Shown here: positions 44,311-54,403 of the stretch, one piece after another
Layout: every line of letters begins with the position of its first letter
How positions within the stretch are numbered: the first letter of the stretch is position 1
Assembly (NCBI GenBank): GCA_964019335.1
Contig: OZ025736.1
Span: forward strand, 62,001-126,000
Reading direction: 5' to 3'
Origin: Diplonema japonicum
Taxonomy: Eukaryota > Protista > Euglenozoa: Diplonemea
DNA: 64,000 nucleotides
Notes under the pieces: generated by a model
What the model was told of the DNA's origin: nothing
Databases searched by the model: none
What the model saw: the letters and a program-made list of their open reading frames with translations, nothing else
Position numbers and translations under genes: made by a program

Positions 44311-45303
44311 TCAAGGAGTTACTATGAACTGCCCCAGCCTGTTCCCCGTTCTGACCTCGAAGGCCCCTTCGGTGATGGAGTGCGCCGCGTCTTGCGCCAG
44401 TTCGGCGACGGTGGACGTAGTGAGGTAGGCAAGGGCCTGCTGCGCTTTTTCCTCGTTCTGTTTTTCCTCGTCGATTTTGACGGATCGTTCGTGCTTCACC
44501 TTTTGAGAGCGGCGCGCCGCCTTTTGCTTTGAAAGCTGCTGACGGGTGGCGTTTGCCGTATCCTCGCAATCGATGGGGAGACACAGCCGCCAAGCGTGCA
44601 ACATCATCCTGGGCACAATGCGTTGCTTGTCAGCAGGGTGGTAGCATATATCGCCAGCGATGGGGTGTCCCCACTGCTGGCAATGAACACGCAGCTGATG
44701 TCTCCGCCCGGTGCACGGCGCTAGAACAACAAGGGACACGGGGGTGTCAGAACATGTGGACAGAACACCATGCTGAAGCACTTTGCAATAAGTTAGGGCG
44801 GCCCTGCCCTGTGGGGGTTGTTCCTTGCCGTCGGTGCTTTCAAGCTTTCGTTTCAACGTGTTTGCTGTTGTGCCCACACACATCCGGAACCCGTTCGGGT
44901 CGGTGGGGTCATCTGCGATGGGCTGGTCGAACCGGTGTAGTTCCTCCATGTCGGGGTGGCCATGGACAATGGCGAGGTATAACTTCTTACTTGTTCTGGA
45001 CTGGAAGCAATGGCTCACTCGTGCTGCCATGTGCTTTGTGAAGGCTAAGCACAGCACCCCGCTGGTTGCATAGTCCAACTGATGGCAGAATCTTAGCTTC
45101 CTCCCTTCCCCTTTCAAAAGCTCCTCGTGTTCCTTGGCCACCCATTTTTCCACGGTTGCGTCGTGATTGCCGTCGATTCGTAAGTCGGGCGGCTTGTCCA
45201 CCACCAACAGCTCCTTGCTTTTGTACAGAACCCCAAAAGCCTCCTTCCCTGTAAACTCTTTCCTGATTTTCTCACCTTCACTTACTACTGGTGGCTCTTC
45301 CAT
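44311..45303 (-). CDS. RluA-family RNA pseudouridine synthase
   Basis: LLVVDKP, catalytic HQLDYATSG, KLYLAIV, TGRRHQLRVH, GHPIAGD and MMLHAWRL. Confidence 0.92.
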   Translation of the reverse strand: MEEPPVVSEGEKIRKEFTGKEAFGVLYKSKELLVVDKPPDLRIDGNHDATVEKWVAKEHEELLKGEGRKLRFCHQLDYATSGVLCLAFTKHMAARVSHCFQSRTSKKLYLAIVHGHPDMEELHRFDQPIADDPTDPNGFRMCVGTTANTLKRKLESTDGKEQPPQGRAALTYCKVLQHGVLSTCSDTPVSLVVLAPCTGRRHQLRVHCQQWGHPIAGDICYHPADKQRIVPRMMLHAWRLCLPIDCEDTANATRQQLSKQKAARRSQKVKHERSVKIDEEKQNEEKAQQALAYLTTSTVAELAQDAAHSITEGAFEVRTGNRLGQFIVTP

Positions 45304-45664
45304 ACTACTTCCCTCCCCACACACACCCCTCTTTTTTTTTTTTTCTTTCGAAATGTCGGGAAGCAAAAAACAAAAAAAAAATAGTTTCATAGACAAAAAA
45401 GTGGAGAAAGAAGAAGAAGGGATATAAAAAAAGAAAAAAAAAAAAGAAAAAAAAAAAAACGGAAAATAGTATGGCGGGCGGGGGGGAGGTACTTCACCTA
45501 AATTCTCCGGCAACGTGACAGTCTTGAAGTAGCCCGGTAAAGGGGGAGAAGAAAAGAAAGAGAAAAAAAAAAAGAAAAAGAAAAAAAAGAAAAGCACCAA
45601 CGGAAGTTGGCTTGGTTCAAAAAAAAAAAAAAAAAAAAAAAAAAAGAAGTTCTTAATAGATAAT

Positions 45665-45931
45665 ACGTCAAAGTGACACAAGTCGTACAGCGCTCCAAGT
45701 GTACTTTAAGTACAAGAGGTGGGTACACACTGGAGTGAGCTCTGACCTGTGGCGTGCCTGGTCCCTCCCAGTTGGAACGTATCCATACTGATGTAGGTAT
45801 CACAGGTATATGCACTGGCACAAGACCGAGTACATGTACCATCCACGACCACTTGGTACAGACTTCCCTGAAATGACTCGCTTTAGGTGAGGTGTCGTTA
45901 CACACCTAGACCCGTCCAAAGGCCTTGCTGC
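45665..45931. repeat. Dispersed repeat related to 7331-7517
   Basis: Shares an exact 25-mer cagacttccctgaaatgactcgctt and a similar left terminus. Confidence 0.55.
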
Positions 45932-46016
45932 CCGTAAAAAAAATATAGGTTGGCTTGTGTTCAAGTTCATGTAAAAAAAAAAGCCCCCCTCCCCGCACCG
46001 CCCGTACCGAAAAAGA

Positions 46017-46338
46017 ATATATGAGTTAAAGGAGGCCGGTGTTGGCGGCGCCCTGCACAAGAACTGTCTACTTGATTACAGGGGGCGCGCCGCGGCCGAG
46101 TTGTAGCTTCTTCTGCGTTCCGCGTCGTGTCCTTAATGCGTGCGGTGTACAGCTCAACCCCAGCCGGGACGTCCCGGGTAACCAAGATTCTGCGCTCGTG
46201 CAGTTTGCTGCCTGTTCGTCACCCTGAGCATCTGCATTATGTTCTTCCACTCGGGCGCTACCGGTGATGACCGACGAGGAGGTCAACAGCGAACAACACA
46301 TCTGATCTTTTTCTTATATTTTCATGTTATCCCCACCA
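46017..46338 (-). mobile_element. ~320-bp dispersed repeat, copy 2
   Basis: Near-identical to 5010-5332 (a few substitutions) but with only a short ATAT tail. Confidence 0.75.
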
Positions 46339-47198
46339 AAGAAAAAAAAATAATAATAATAAGTAGGGGTTTTTTTTTTTTTTTTTCCAGGTCGGGTTCT
46401 CTTTACATTTTAAGCAAAAATTTGCTTCACGTGAAATGTACTCGGGGGGAAAAAAAAACTCAAAGTGCAGGTGGATGTAAAAAATCCCTCTGCTTGTAAA
46501 AAAATATCCAACAATTTCAAATCTTTTGACCCCTCCCTCATGCATAAAGTGCGTGCACTCTTCCTTGAGACATGACACGACGAACATGGCTGAACCAGTA
46601 TTGCACTGGGGGGGGGGGGGGGGGGGGGGGGGGTTTGATGATGATGTTGGGGAGAAAAGTTAATGTTTCTTTATAGTTTTGACATTTGTACTTAGAGGGG
46701 AGGGGACCCAATCCAAAAAAAAAATCTTTTTTTTCCCCCCTACAATACCTCCCTTTTTTTTCTTTTTGCATTTAACAAGTTCTGCTAATCCCGAAACACG
46801 TTGCCGACGTTCCCCTGTTGTTTAGACCAAAGACTCGTTATTGCAAAAAAAAAAAAAAAAAAAGTGGGCAGCGCGCAATCCTTCTCTCGGGATTTGTACC
46901 ACACTGTGTGTACTAAACAAAATACTAGCTGGAGAAGCGGCCGCAACGGCTCACAAGAAAAGAAAGAATAAAAAGAAAAAAAAGGGGGGGGGAGAAACCC
47001 CTTCTCCCCTCCCCTTTGTCACGGGGCGGGATGAAAGGCACCAGCCATGATGTAAAACTTTTTTTTTTCCTCTTCTTCTTCTTTTCTTCAGCTGGGCTGT
47101 AAAGCTCATCTGGGAGAGAGGATCTGAGGTGGAACGAACTATCAACATTCTCATACTGTGGCTTCTTTTTTTCGCCATCCCAATTTCTTATTCCCACG

Positions 47199-48198
47199 TC
47201 AGTCCTCTTGCACCTCCTTGTTCAGTGGTGGGTCAGCAGGGGGATACTTTAGTGGATTCTTTTTTTTTATCCCCCCCCAACTTCCGCCTTTAATCATACC
47301 AGGGTTGCGGGGTCCACAAAAAGGTGCCGAGGCTGGGACATGATCCAGTTTGTGATTTTAGCCAGCTTCGCATCTTGTTTTTTTTTTTTTTTTTTTTTTC
47401 CTTCTCCAAAAAAAAAAAAAAAAACCATACTTGATAATGGCTCGTGGTCCCTTATGATTGTTCTGGTGGAGATGGGTTTTTGGGGGCGCATTTTTGAAAC
47501 CGACATTTTTCGCCCTGAGGCCGAGGACAGCCTGCGGCCATCTCCAGTGTCAGCATCACCGTTGTTGCCGTTATTGCTGTTCGCGAAATCTTGTTGTTCA
47601 GGTGGTGATTGTGCAGGTAACACCGCAGGTGCTGATGCAAGGGGTGACAATGCCGGCTTCGGGGGATCTGGATGGACCACGCACGGCGGTTCAGCCTCTT
47701 TTTGCTGTTCTATTTTATGTAGTACTGGAATTGGTTTTTCGGGTGGGCTTTCTTCTTTATTATCATTAAGCTGTAATGGGGAGGGCTTCTCATCTTTAGA
47801 CGCATGCACCACCGGCTTCTCCTCGTGCTGTGACGGTTTTAACGAACTTCGTGACTCATCAACAGCATCTGTCTTGACCTCTGTCCATTCTGTTTTTTCA
47901 GTTTGGGATGTGGTCTTCCTCTTCCGTTTCTAGTTTTTTTTTTTTTTTTTTTTTTTTTTGGGAGAAAAAAAAAAAAAGAAGAAAAAATTCAGTACTTTTT
48001 TCTTTACTTCCGATTTGTCGGTTTCGCTCTTCGTCTTTTTGCGCCTTTTTCTCGAGGTTGCTGTGGTTGTACTCCGATCTATTCGGGACCATGCTTCCTT
48101 TTTTTTTTTTTTTTTTTTTTTAAATCTCGTACCTCATCCTTTGGCTTTAACGATATCTTCGCCACGGGACTGCTCTTTCTAAACTGGACACACCCCAT
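47199..48198 (-). CDS. Small N-acylated (MGC-start) hypothetical protein, four short introns
   Basis: Starts MGCVQF. Four GT-AG introns join exons in phase up to ...DPATL|YPPADPPLNKEVQED*. Confidence 0.6.
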
Positions 48199-48737
48199 TG
48201 TTTTTTAACATTACTTTAGTTTTTTTTTTTATTTTATTTTTTTCTTGGGTGGGGGGGGGGGCTGTTGTTGTTTTTTTTTAAAAAAAGAATACGGCATACA
48301 AAACTATGAAAAATAACAAAAAAGAAAAAAAGGGGGGGGGTAGCCGTGTGGACGAAGCGTGAAAGCGATATTCCTTTTTTTTTTTTTTTTCCCCTCCACC
48401 AAACCCGCAAAAAAGAAAAAAAGAAAACGGAATAAAAAAAAAAGAAGAAAAGCTCCATCAGTCGTTCTATCCAAACTACAGAATCGAGATTTTATTCATA
48501 AAAGGCCTGAAGCCATCTTGGGTCCCCCCCCTGCCCCCTCCACTGCTTAAGATAAATATTAAAAATTTTTGTTTGTGCACACCCGGGATTAACCTATAGA
48601 AGGATAACCATTGGTATTTTTTTTTTTTTTTCTTGTTCATACGAACAAAACAACACCAGGCTAAAGCCAGTACACACACTTTTTTTTCCCCCCTCTTTTC
48701 TTCTTCTTTTTTTCCCCCCCCTCCTATCCCTTCTTTT

Positions 48738-49937
48738 CTACTTTGTCCTTTTATAAATTTTCGCCAAGAAAATCTCGAAGACTGACCACGGGACCTCTTT
48801 CGTGGTGTTCTTCAACGCCATAATTTTCTCGTAGGACTCTTCTTCGTACTTCTTGTACAACTCCGGGAGCTTTAACTTCGTGAACAGATCTTTGATAGCT
48901 TGCTCCTCAGGAGAGTTGACTTTCGTCCTACCGTAATGCTCGTCAAGATATGCCCGGTCTTCTTGTGAGCCGAAGGTGTGGTAAGCGTGGGTGAAAAGCC
49001 AGGAACATTTTCTGTCTTGGATGTCGGTTCCGATTTTCCCGATTTGCTCAGGGGTACCATAACAGTCTAGGTAGTCATCCTGTGCTTGAAAATAGACACC
49101 CATAATAATCAATATTTCTCTGGCAGAATTGAAAGCTTCAAGATCGGTGATGCCGGCCAATATCATACCCGACGCAACGGCGATGTAAAACGAGTAAAAA
49201 GCAGTTTTGTATTTTACGATAAGCTCCCAGCGTTGGGTTGTGAGGTCGTTCATGTCAAGATTTTCACACAGTGTGTCCAAAAGCTGCCCGCATTCGGTTT
49301 GGAACGTGGTTTCTAAAAAGAGGTCCAACAGCTGTGTGTAAAACGGTTCGGAGCTGAAATGTCTTTTCAGAATCTTAAAGGTCATCATTTCTACCAAGAA
49401 TGCGTCGTTGATGGCAATGTTCCCAACATGCGGGGTGAGGTACCAGCAAGGCTGGCCTCTTCGGGTTTTAGAATCGTCCATTATGTCATCTGCGATAAGA
49501 AGCCAAGCTTGGAGCCATTCGATGCACCATCCCAAGATTGCAAACTTGCACAAAGCATCATTGTGTACTGGTATTCCTTTTGATTTGAAGATTTCTAGCC
49601 CTGCTTCTACCACCATCATTCCTCTGTTCATTTTACCCCCTTCCAAATTGTATTTCAGCATTTTCCGCACACGGTCGACTTCTTTTTCCGGTACCTCGTA
49701 CCCGGGTTTCAAATCCGCGCAGAGTTCGTCAATTAAGAAGTCTCTTATTTTCAAGAACGAGCCTCTGCGATCGTCCAGAACGTATTCGGGGTATGTAATT
49801 TTCCCCTGCAGCCATTCTCTTTTTGGGTAAGAGGTTGCGGGGAAGCCCACGGCTTTTTCCTTCCATGCGTCTCTCTCCTTTGTCATTTCCTCCAGCTTCT
49901 TTTGAAGCTCTTCTATCGTTTGCGTTGTTTCGGCCAT
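48738..49937 (-). CDS. FPPS: Farnesyl diphosphate synthase
   Basis: GGKMNRG, FARM DDIMD..TRRGQPCWY, GQLLD, KTAFYSF, SARM QDDYLD and GTDIQDRKCSW. Confidence 0.95.
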   Translation of the reverse strand: MAETTQTIEELQKKLEEMTKERDAWKEKAVGFPATSYPKREWLQGKITYPEYVLDDRRGSFLKIRDFLIDELCADLKPGYEVPEKEVDRVRKMLKYNLEGGKMNRGMMVVEAGLEIFKSKGIPVHNDALCKFAILGWCIEWLQAWLLIADDIMDDSKTRRGQPCWYLTPHVGNIAINDAFLVEMMTFKILKRHFSSEPFYTQLLDLFLETTFQTECGQLLDTLCENLDMNDLTTQRWELIVKYKTAFYSFYIAVASGMILAGITDLEAFNSAREILIIMGVYFQAQDDYLDCYGTPEQIGKIGTDIQDRKCSWLFTHAYHTFGSQEDRAYLDEHYGRTKVNSPEEQAIKDLFTKLKLPELYKKYEEESYEKIMALKNTTKEVPWSVFEIFLAKIYKRTK

Positions 49938-51004
49938 TTTTTTTTCTTTTCCCCCCGCTTTCTTTATCGTGTTTCATCAGCAGGAGAAAAAAAAAAAGAA
50001 AAGGAAAAAAAAAAAAAAAAGGGAAAACAAAAATAGGAGGTACATAATTTTTTTTAGATCAGGACCTGTGGGACACCTATCGGGGGGGGGGGGGGGGGGG
50101 ACGGTGATATATACGGGTCTTTGAAGAGGAACCTGCACGTATGTGACAGGATTGCCCTACGACAGTCAACAAAAGGCAGAACATGTGTATAAGAGGGGCC
50201 TAAGAGGGTCATTTTTATGAATCAGAAGAGGACACCATATATAAGTGCCCCCCCCCCCCCCCGCACAGTTCATGGCAAGGCGATCTAGGGCTAAATTATG
50301 TACCCCCCCCTATTTTTTGAAGTTTCCTCAAATATAGAAAAATTTACAATGGCATGGGGGTAAGATGAGCAGATAACCCAAAGAGGAAGAAAAAAAAAAG
50401 AGGAGAAGAAGAAGGAACACATAAAGAATAGGAAAAAAAATATAATAACTACAACTGGGTAAACATATGGATAAAAAAAAAGCAAGGGGGCAGGAGGAAA
50501 AAAAAGGGGGGGGAACTTGTTTTTTCTCTATTATCAGTCTTTTGTTTAATTCTCTCCCCTCCGCGCCCATTCATATCGATACTGTTAAATTCTTTCCAGA
50601 ATGGGAGGGGGGGGGGGGGGGGGGGAGAGGAGAGGGGGTTGTACTTTTCGTTCTCAATTTCTTTTTTTTTTAATTTTTTTCTTTTTTTCCCCCCTATACC
50701 AACTGCGTGGTATCCGTTGGAGATAATAAAGAAAGAAACGACGATTGTCTTTTTGTTCGTTTTGTCCCCCCCCCCCCCCGCCTAACCTAACCGTGCTGCC
50801 AGATTTTGGTAGAGGGGGTTATGGCATAGGGGGTCCTCCCCCCCCCAAAAAAAGTCAAAAGACTCGTTTCTTGCAAGAAAAAAATGGAATAAAAAGAGAT
50901 ATACTAACGGAAAGTGTTGTTGTTTACAAAAAAAAAAGGGGTAAGGGAGGGGAAATGTGACAATTTTTTTTTTTTTTTTTTTTTTTTTTGGGCTCTAATT
51001 TTTT

Positions 51005-51036
<32 letters not shown>

Positions 51037-51289
51037 GGTTCTTCTATTTCTTTATTTTTTTTCTCCCCCCTGTGTATTTCATTTCGCTTTCAGTATAAGG
51101 GCAAACCGTCCAAATTTATCTTCGAATTATCTCTGCAAAATTGTATTTAAAAAAAAAAGAAAGAAAAGGACATACATGTTAACGCAGCTCTTCGCTAAGT
51201 GTGGTAAAATTATTTTCAAGTGATGGCAATCAGACTGCGTGTTGGTTCCTCTCCCTCCCCTTTCTTCTTCCCCCCCCCCCCCCCCCCCC

Positions 51290-51643
51290 CAGGGCTATGC
51301 TGGCATGGAAACGCGTTTTCATGCATTTTTTGAAAAAAGGGGAAACGGAAACGGAAACGGAAACGTTTCCTTATGTTTCCTTAAGAAGCCGTTTCCATAA
51401 GAATTTTGAAAAGTATGGAAACGGAAACGGGAACGGAAACAGAAACGTTTCCACGTTTCCTGCCAGCATAGGGGCCCGGGGCTATGCTGGCAGGAAACGT
51501 GGAAACGTTTCCGTTTCCGTTCCCGTTTCCGTTTCCATACTTTTCAAAATTCTTATGGAAACGGCTTCCTTCTTAAGGAAACATAAGGAAACGTTTCCGT
51601 TTCCGTATCCGTTTCCCTTTTTTTCAAAAAATGCATAGCCCTA
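51290..51643. mobile_element. Foldback/MITE-like ~350-bp palindrome inserted in a poly-C tract
   Basis: Ends agggctatgc...gcatagccct. The two arms are near-perfect reverse complements around gggcccgggg (51471-51480). Contains GGAAAC repeats and has poly-C on both flanks. Confidence 0.85.
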
Positions 51644-52294
51644 GCCCCCCCCCCCCCCCCCCCCCCCACCCCTTATAAACTCTGTACATACATCATCTGA
51701 AGCATCACACGCAATGCCTTGAACTCCACCGGCCTGTTTATTTTATTTATTGTTCGCTCTCCCTTCTTCTTCTTCTTTTTTTTTTTTTTTTTTGCCCAAA
51801 AGCCCGCCACACATGGAAGAAGAACGGACAACACCGAAAAGCACGATCAGAGAGACAAAAAAAAGAAATATGCATCACAACAAAATGTATACTAATACAG
51901 AAAAAAAATTAAAATAAAAATAAAATGGAAGGGGAAGAGAAGATGAAGGTGGAAAAAAAGCAGCGAAGGGAAGGCGATGGGATAAAAAAAAAAAAACTCT
52001 ACCAAAAAAAAAAAAAAAAAACGGGGGAAGAAAACAAAAAAAGGGGGGGGGTGCAATGAGTTACATACAAAAGAAAATAAAAAAAGGAAACAAAAAAAAG
52101 TTTTAATTGCGCTCAACAGCTAAGTCTTACGGTTTTTCAATCAAAAAAAAAACAACAACAACAACAAAAAAAAACCAAATGATCTATCTACCCCCCCCCC
52201 CCCCCCCACCCCCACATTTTTTTGTTAATAGCAATCAGTGAACAAGAATCTGTACATCTTAGAATAATATTTAAAAAAAAAAAAATCACCACTC

Positions 52295-54403
52295 TCACTG
52301 ACATAATGACACAGCATGCTTGAAAGCTTCAATGTCCAACCCATCTGAGAAAGCCAAGAACTCCTCTGTTGCACTTGTCAGCTGAAGCCCCAGTGCCAGC
52401 GAGCAAGTCTTGAAGTGATCAGGATCCATGGTTGCGTTACTTGCAAAAGCATTGAAAGCATGCGTAAGGTCAGTCTCTGAGATCTGCACCTGGCGAGACG
52501 TGGCCTGCGCCTGATTAGGAGTAGTAGCTGGGAGTAGACCTTTCGGGGGAGAGTCTTCTAAAGGGTGCTCATATGGTGGCAGGACTTCCCTTCCCACAGC
52601 CTCTCCCACTTTACTCACACTTGCACTGTTGTACATAGTCTCGTACAGAACGCCTAAGGTCGATCTGCTCCGAGGGACGTGGTCAAGAGTGTCATCTTCT
52701 GAGTCATCGTCCTCCAAGGCCTGCAGTGTTGCTGCTGCTAGTGCGGTGCTTCCTCCTTGAAGGCCGGTGTGGCTTTCGTCCGCTTTTCGTTTCGCTTCCA
52801 GCTCCAATAATTTGATTGCTATTTTCTCCCCCACACCTTCCTTGTCGAGGCCCTCCTCTTCAACCACGCTTTTAAACGCATCACGTTCAATGATGGTCCG
52901 TTCGTACTCCCCAACTGATCGGGGCATTTGAAGGAACACCCCTGAAATGCTGTCGACGGAGCTCTCTAGCAGCTGCATTCCTTTCTTCAGTTTTTGGATC
53001 TCATCGTCCTTCGCTGCTAAGATGTCGTCTTTCTGCTTCAACTGCGACTCGAAGAACTCCATCGACGTGACTGTCTTGTTGAGCGTCTCCATCCGTGTTG
53101 CGACCTCTGCTGTCGACTGCATGGTGTGTAGCTCCGTCACCGCACCCGACAAACGTGTTTGGACTTCCCCCAGAACCAGTCCAAAGTCTTTTCGTTCTTC
53201 GATCATCATCCTTAGCTGGTTGAGTTGTTCCTGCAGCGTCATTTTTTCAACGTGAAGCAGCTCCATTTTGAACGAGTTTTCCTGCAGTGCCCGCATCTGG
53301 TTCTCGACCTGCCCGTTAAGAGACTCGAGCTGCGTCGACAGTTCCTGCACCGTGTCCTCCGATTGCATGTACTGTGCATGCAGCACCTCGGCCTCTCTGT
53401 CCCTTTCCTGCAGCCTTGACTGTGCTGCCTTTTGTCGGGCGCAGTCTTCCTTCTCGTACGCATCGAGCTTCTCTTTGTACACTGATATGATGTGTTGCAT
53501 CGATTGCATGTCCCGTAGAAGGTCTGCCTTAGATGCTGTCACGTCATCCATCTGTGCCTCGCGTGAGGCGATCTCTGTGTTGGCCTCGTTGAGGGAGGCG
53601 AGCAGCACGTGGATGTTGTTCTGCATCTCGACCACATTCGACGAGTGGTCCATGCGCAGTGTGTTGTTCGCCTCCTTTGTCTTCTGAACACGCGTCCTCA
53701 GCAGGCTGTTCTGTTTCTGGAGCAACGTGTTCTCCTGTGCCAGACTGTCTACCGTGCGAAGCCTTTCAAGCGCTTCGTGGAGCTGCATTTGAAGCGACAT
53801 ATTGTCTTCCTTCATAGAGCTGATGATGATGGCAGCTGAGGCGTCGGTCACTTCTTCGTAGTGCGCAGGGGGCGGAGGGGAGTGGAACCTTGATGGTGAG
53901 ATGGTCGGGCGTTGGTAACCCGAGGCTTGTGACTGTTTCAGAGTGTTGTTCTCCATCTCTGTCTCTCGGAGCTTGTTCTGGAGCAAGCTAATGTCTTCGG
54001 CAAGCTGGTTCTCACAAGCGTTGTTCTCTTCGATCACTGAACGTATCTTCTGTGTTGCGGAGATGAACTTCCCGTGCCAGTACTGCCCGTCGCCGACAGT
54101 GGGCGTTGCATCGATTCTTCCCGGGCTCCCTAGTGCGTCCATGCCAGGCATCTCCGCTACCAGCCTTCCGTACACATCAGATATGTCCTGCATCTTGACA
54201 GTGCCTGTCGCTGCGTCTTTTAGCAGCATTCCTATCTTTTGCCGGAACACCTCTCCGATGTGCTGCAGGTATTTTATCTTCTTCTTGAGCACCTCGTTTT
54301 CCGTTTCGAGGTCCGACCGCACAGGCAGCGGGGACGGGTAGGCGGTCCCCTTGATGGGAGACAGCGTCGACATCGACCCCATGCTGGCCGCCTGCGTCAT
54401 CAT
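52295..54403 (-). CDS. Long coiled-coil protein with degenerate C-terminal EF-hand-like segment
   Basis: 702-aa ORF rich in E/Q/L/K heptads. C-terminal LTHAFNAF...GLDIEAF. Confidence 0.75.
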   Translation of the reverse strand: MMTQAASMGSMSTLSPIKGTAYPSPLPVRSDLETENEVLKKKIKYLQHIGEVFRQKIGMLLKDAATGTVKMQDISDVYGRLVAEMPGMDALGSPGRIDATPTVGDGQYWHGKFISATQKIRSVIEENNACENQLAEDISLLQNKLRETEMENNTLKQSQASGYQRPTISPSRFHSPPPPAHYEEVTDASAAIIISSMKEDNMSLQMQLHEALERLRTVDSLAQENTLLQKQNSLLRTRVQKTKEANNTLRMDHSSNVVEMQNNIHVLLASLNEANTEIASREAQMDDVTASKADLLRDMQSMQHIISVYKEKLDAYEKEDCARQKAAQSRLQERDREAEVLHAQYMQSEDTVQELSTQLESLNGQVENQMRALQENSFKMELLHVEKMTLQEQLNQLRMMIEERKDFGLVLGEVQTRLSGAVTELHTMQSTAEVATRMETLNKTVTSMEFFESQLKQKDDILAAKDDEIQKLKKGMQLLESSVDSISGVFLQMPRSVGEYERTIIERDAFKSVVEEEGLDKEGVGEKIAIKLLELEAKRKADESHTGLQGGSTALAAATLQALEDDDSEDDTLDHVPRSRSTLGVLYETMYNSASVSKVGEAVGREVLPPYEHPLEDSPPKGLLPATTPNQAQATSRQVQISETDLTHAFNAFASNATMDPDHFKTCSLALGLQLTSATEEFLAFSDGLDIEAFKHAVSLCQ

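Noticed and set aside
1040-45303. Functional RNA-modification cluster (methyltransferase, ZnF-PARPs, YTH, RluA)
   Set aside because: The genes are scattered among unrelated housekeeping genes, and directional clusters of this kind are generally not functionally organised.
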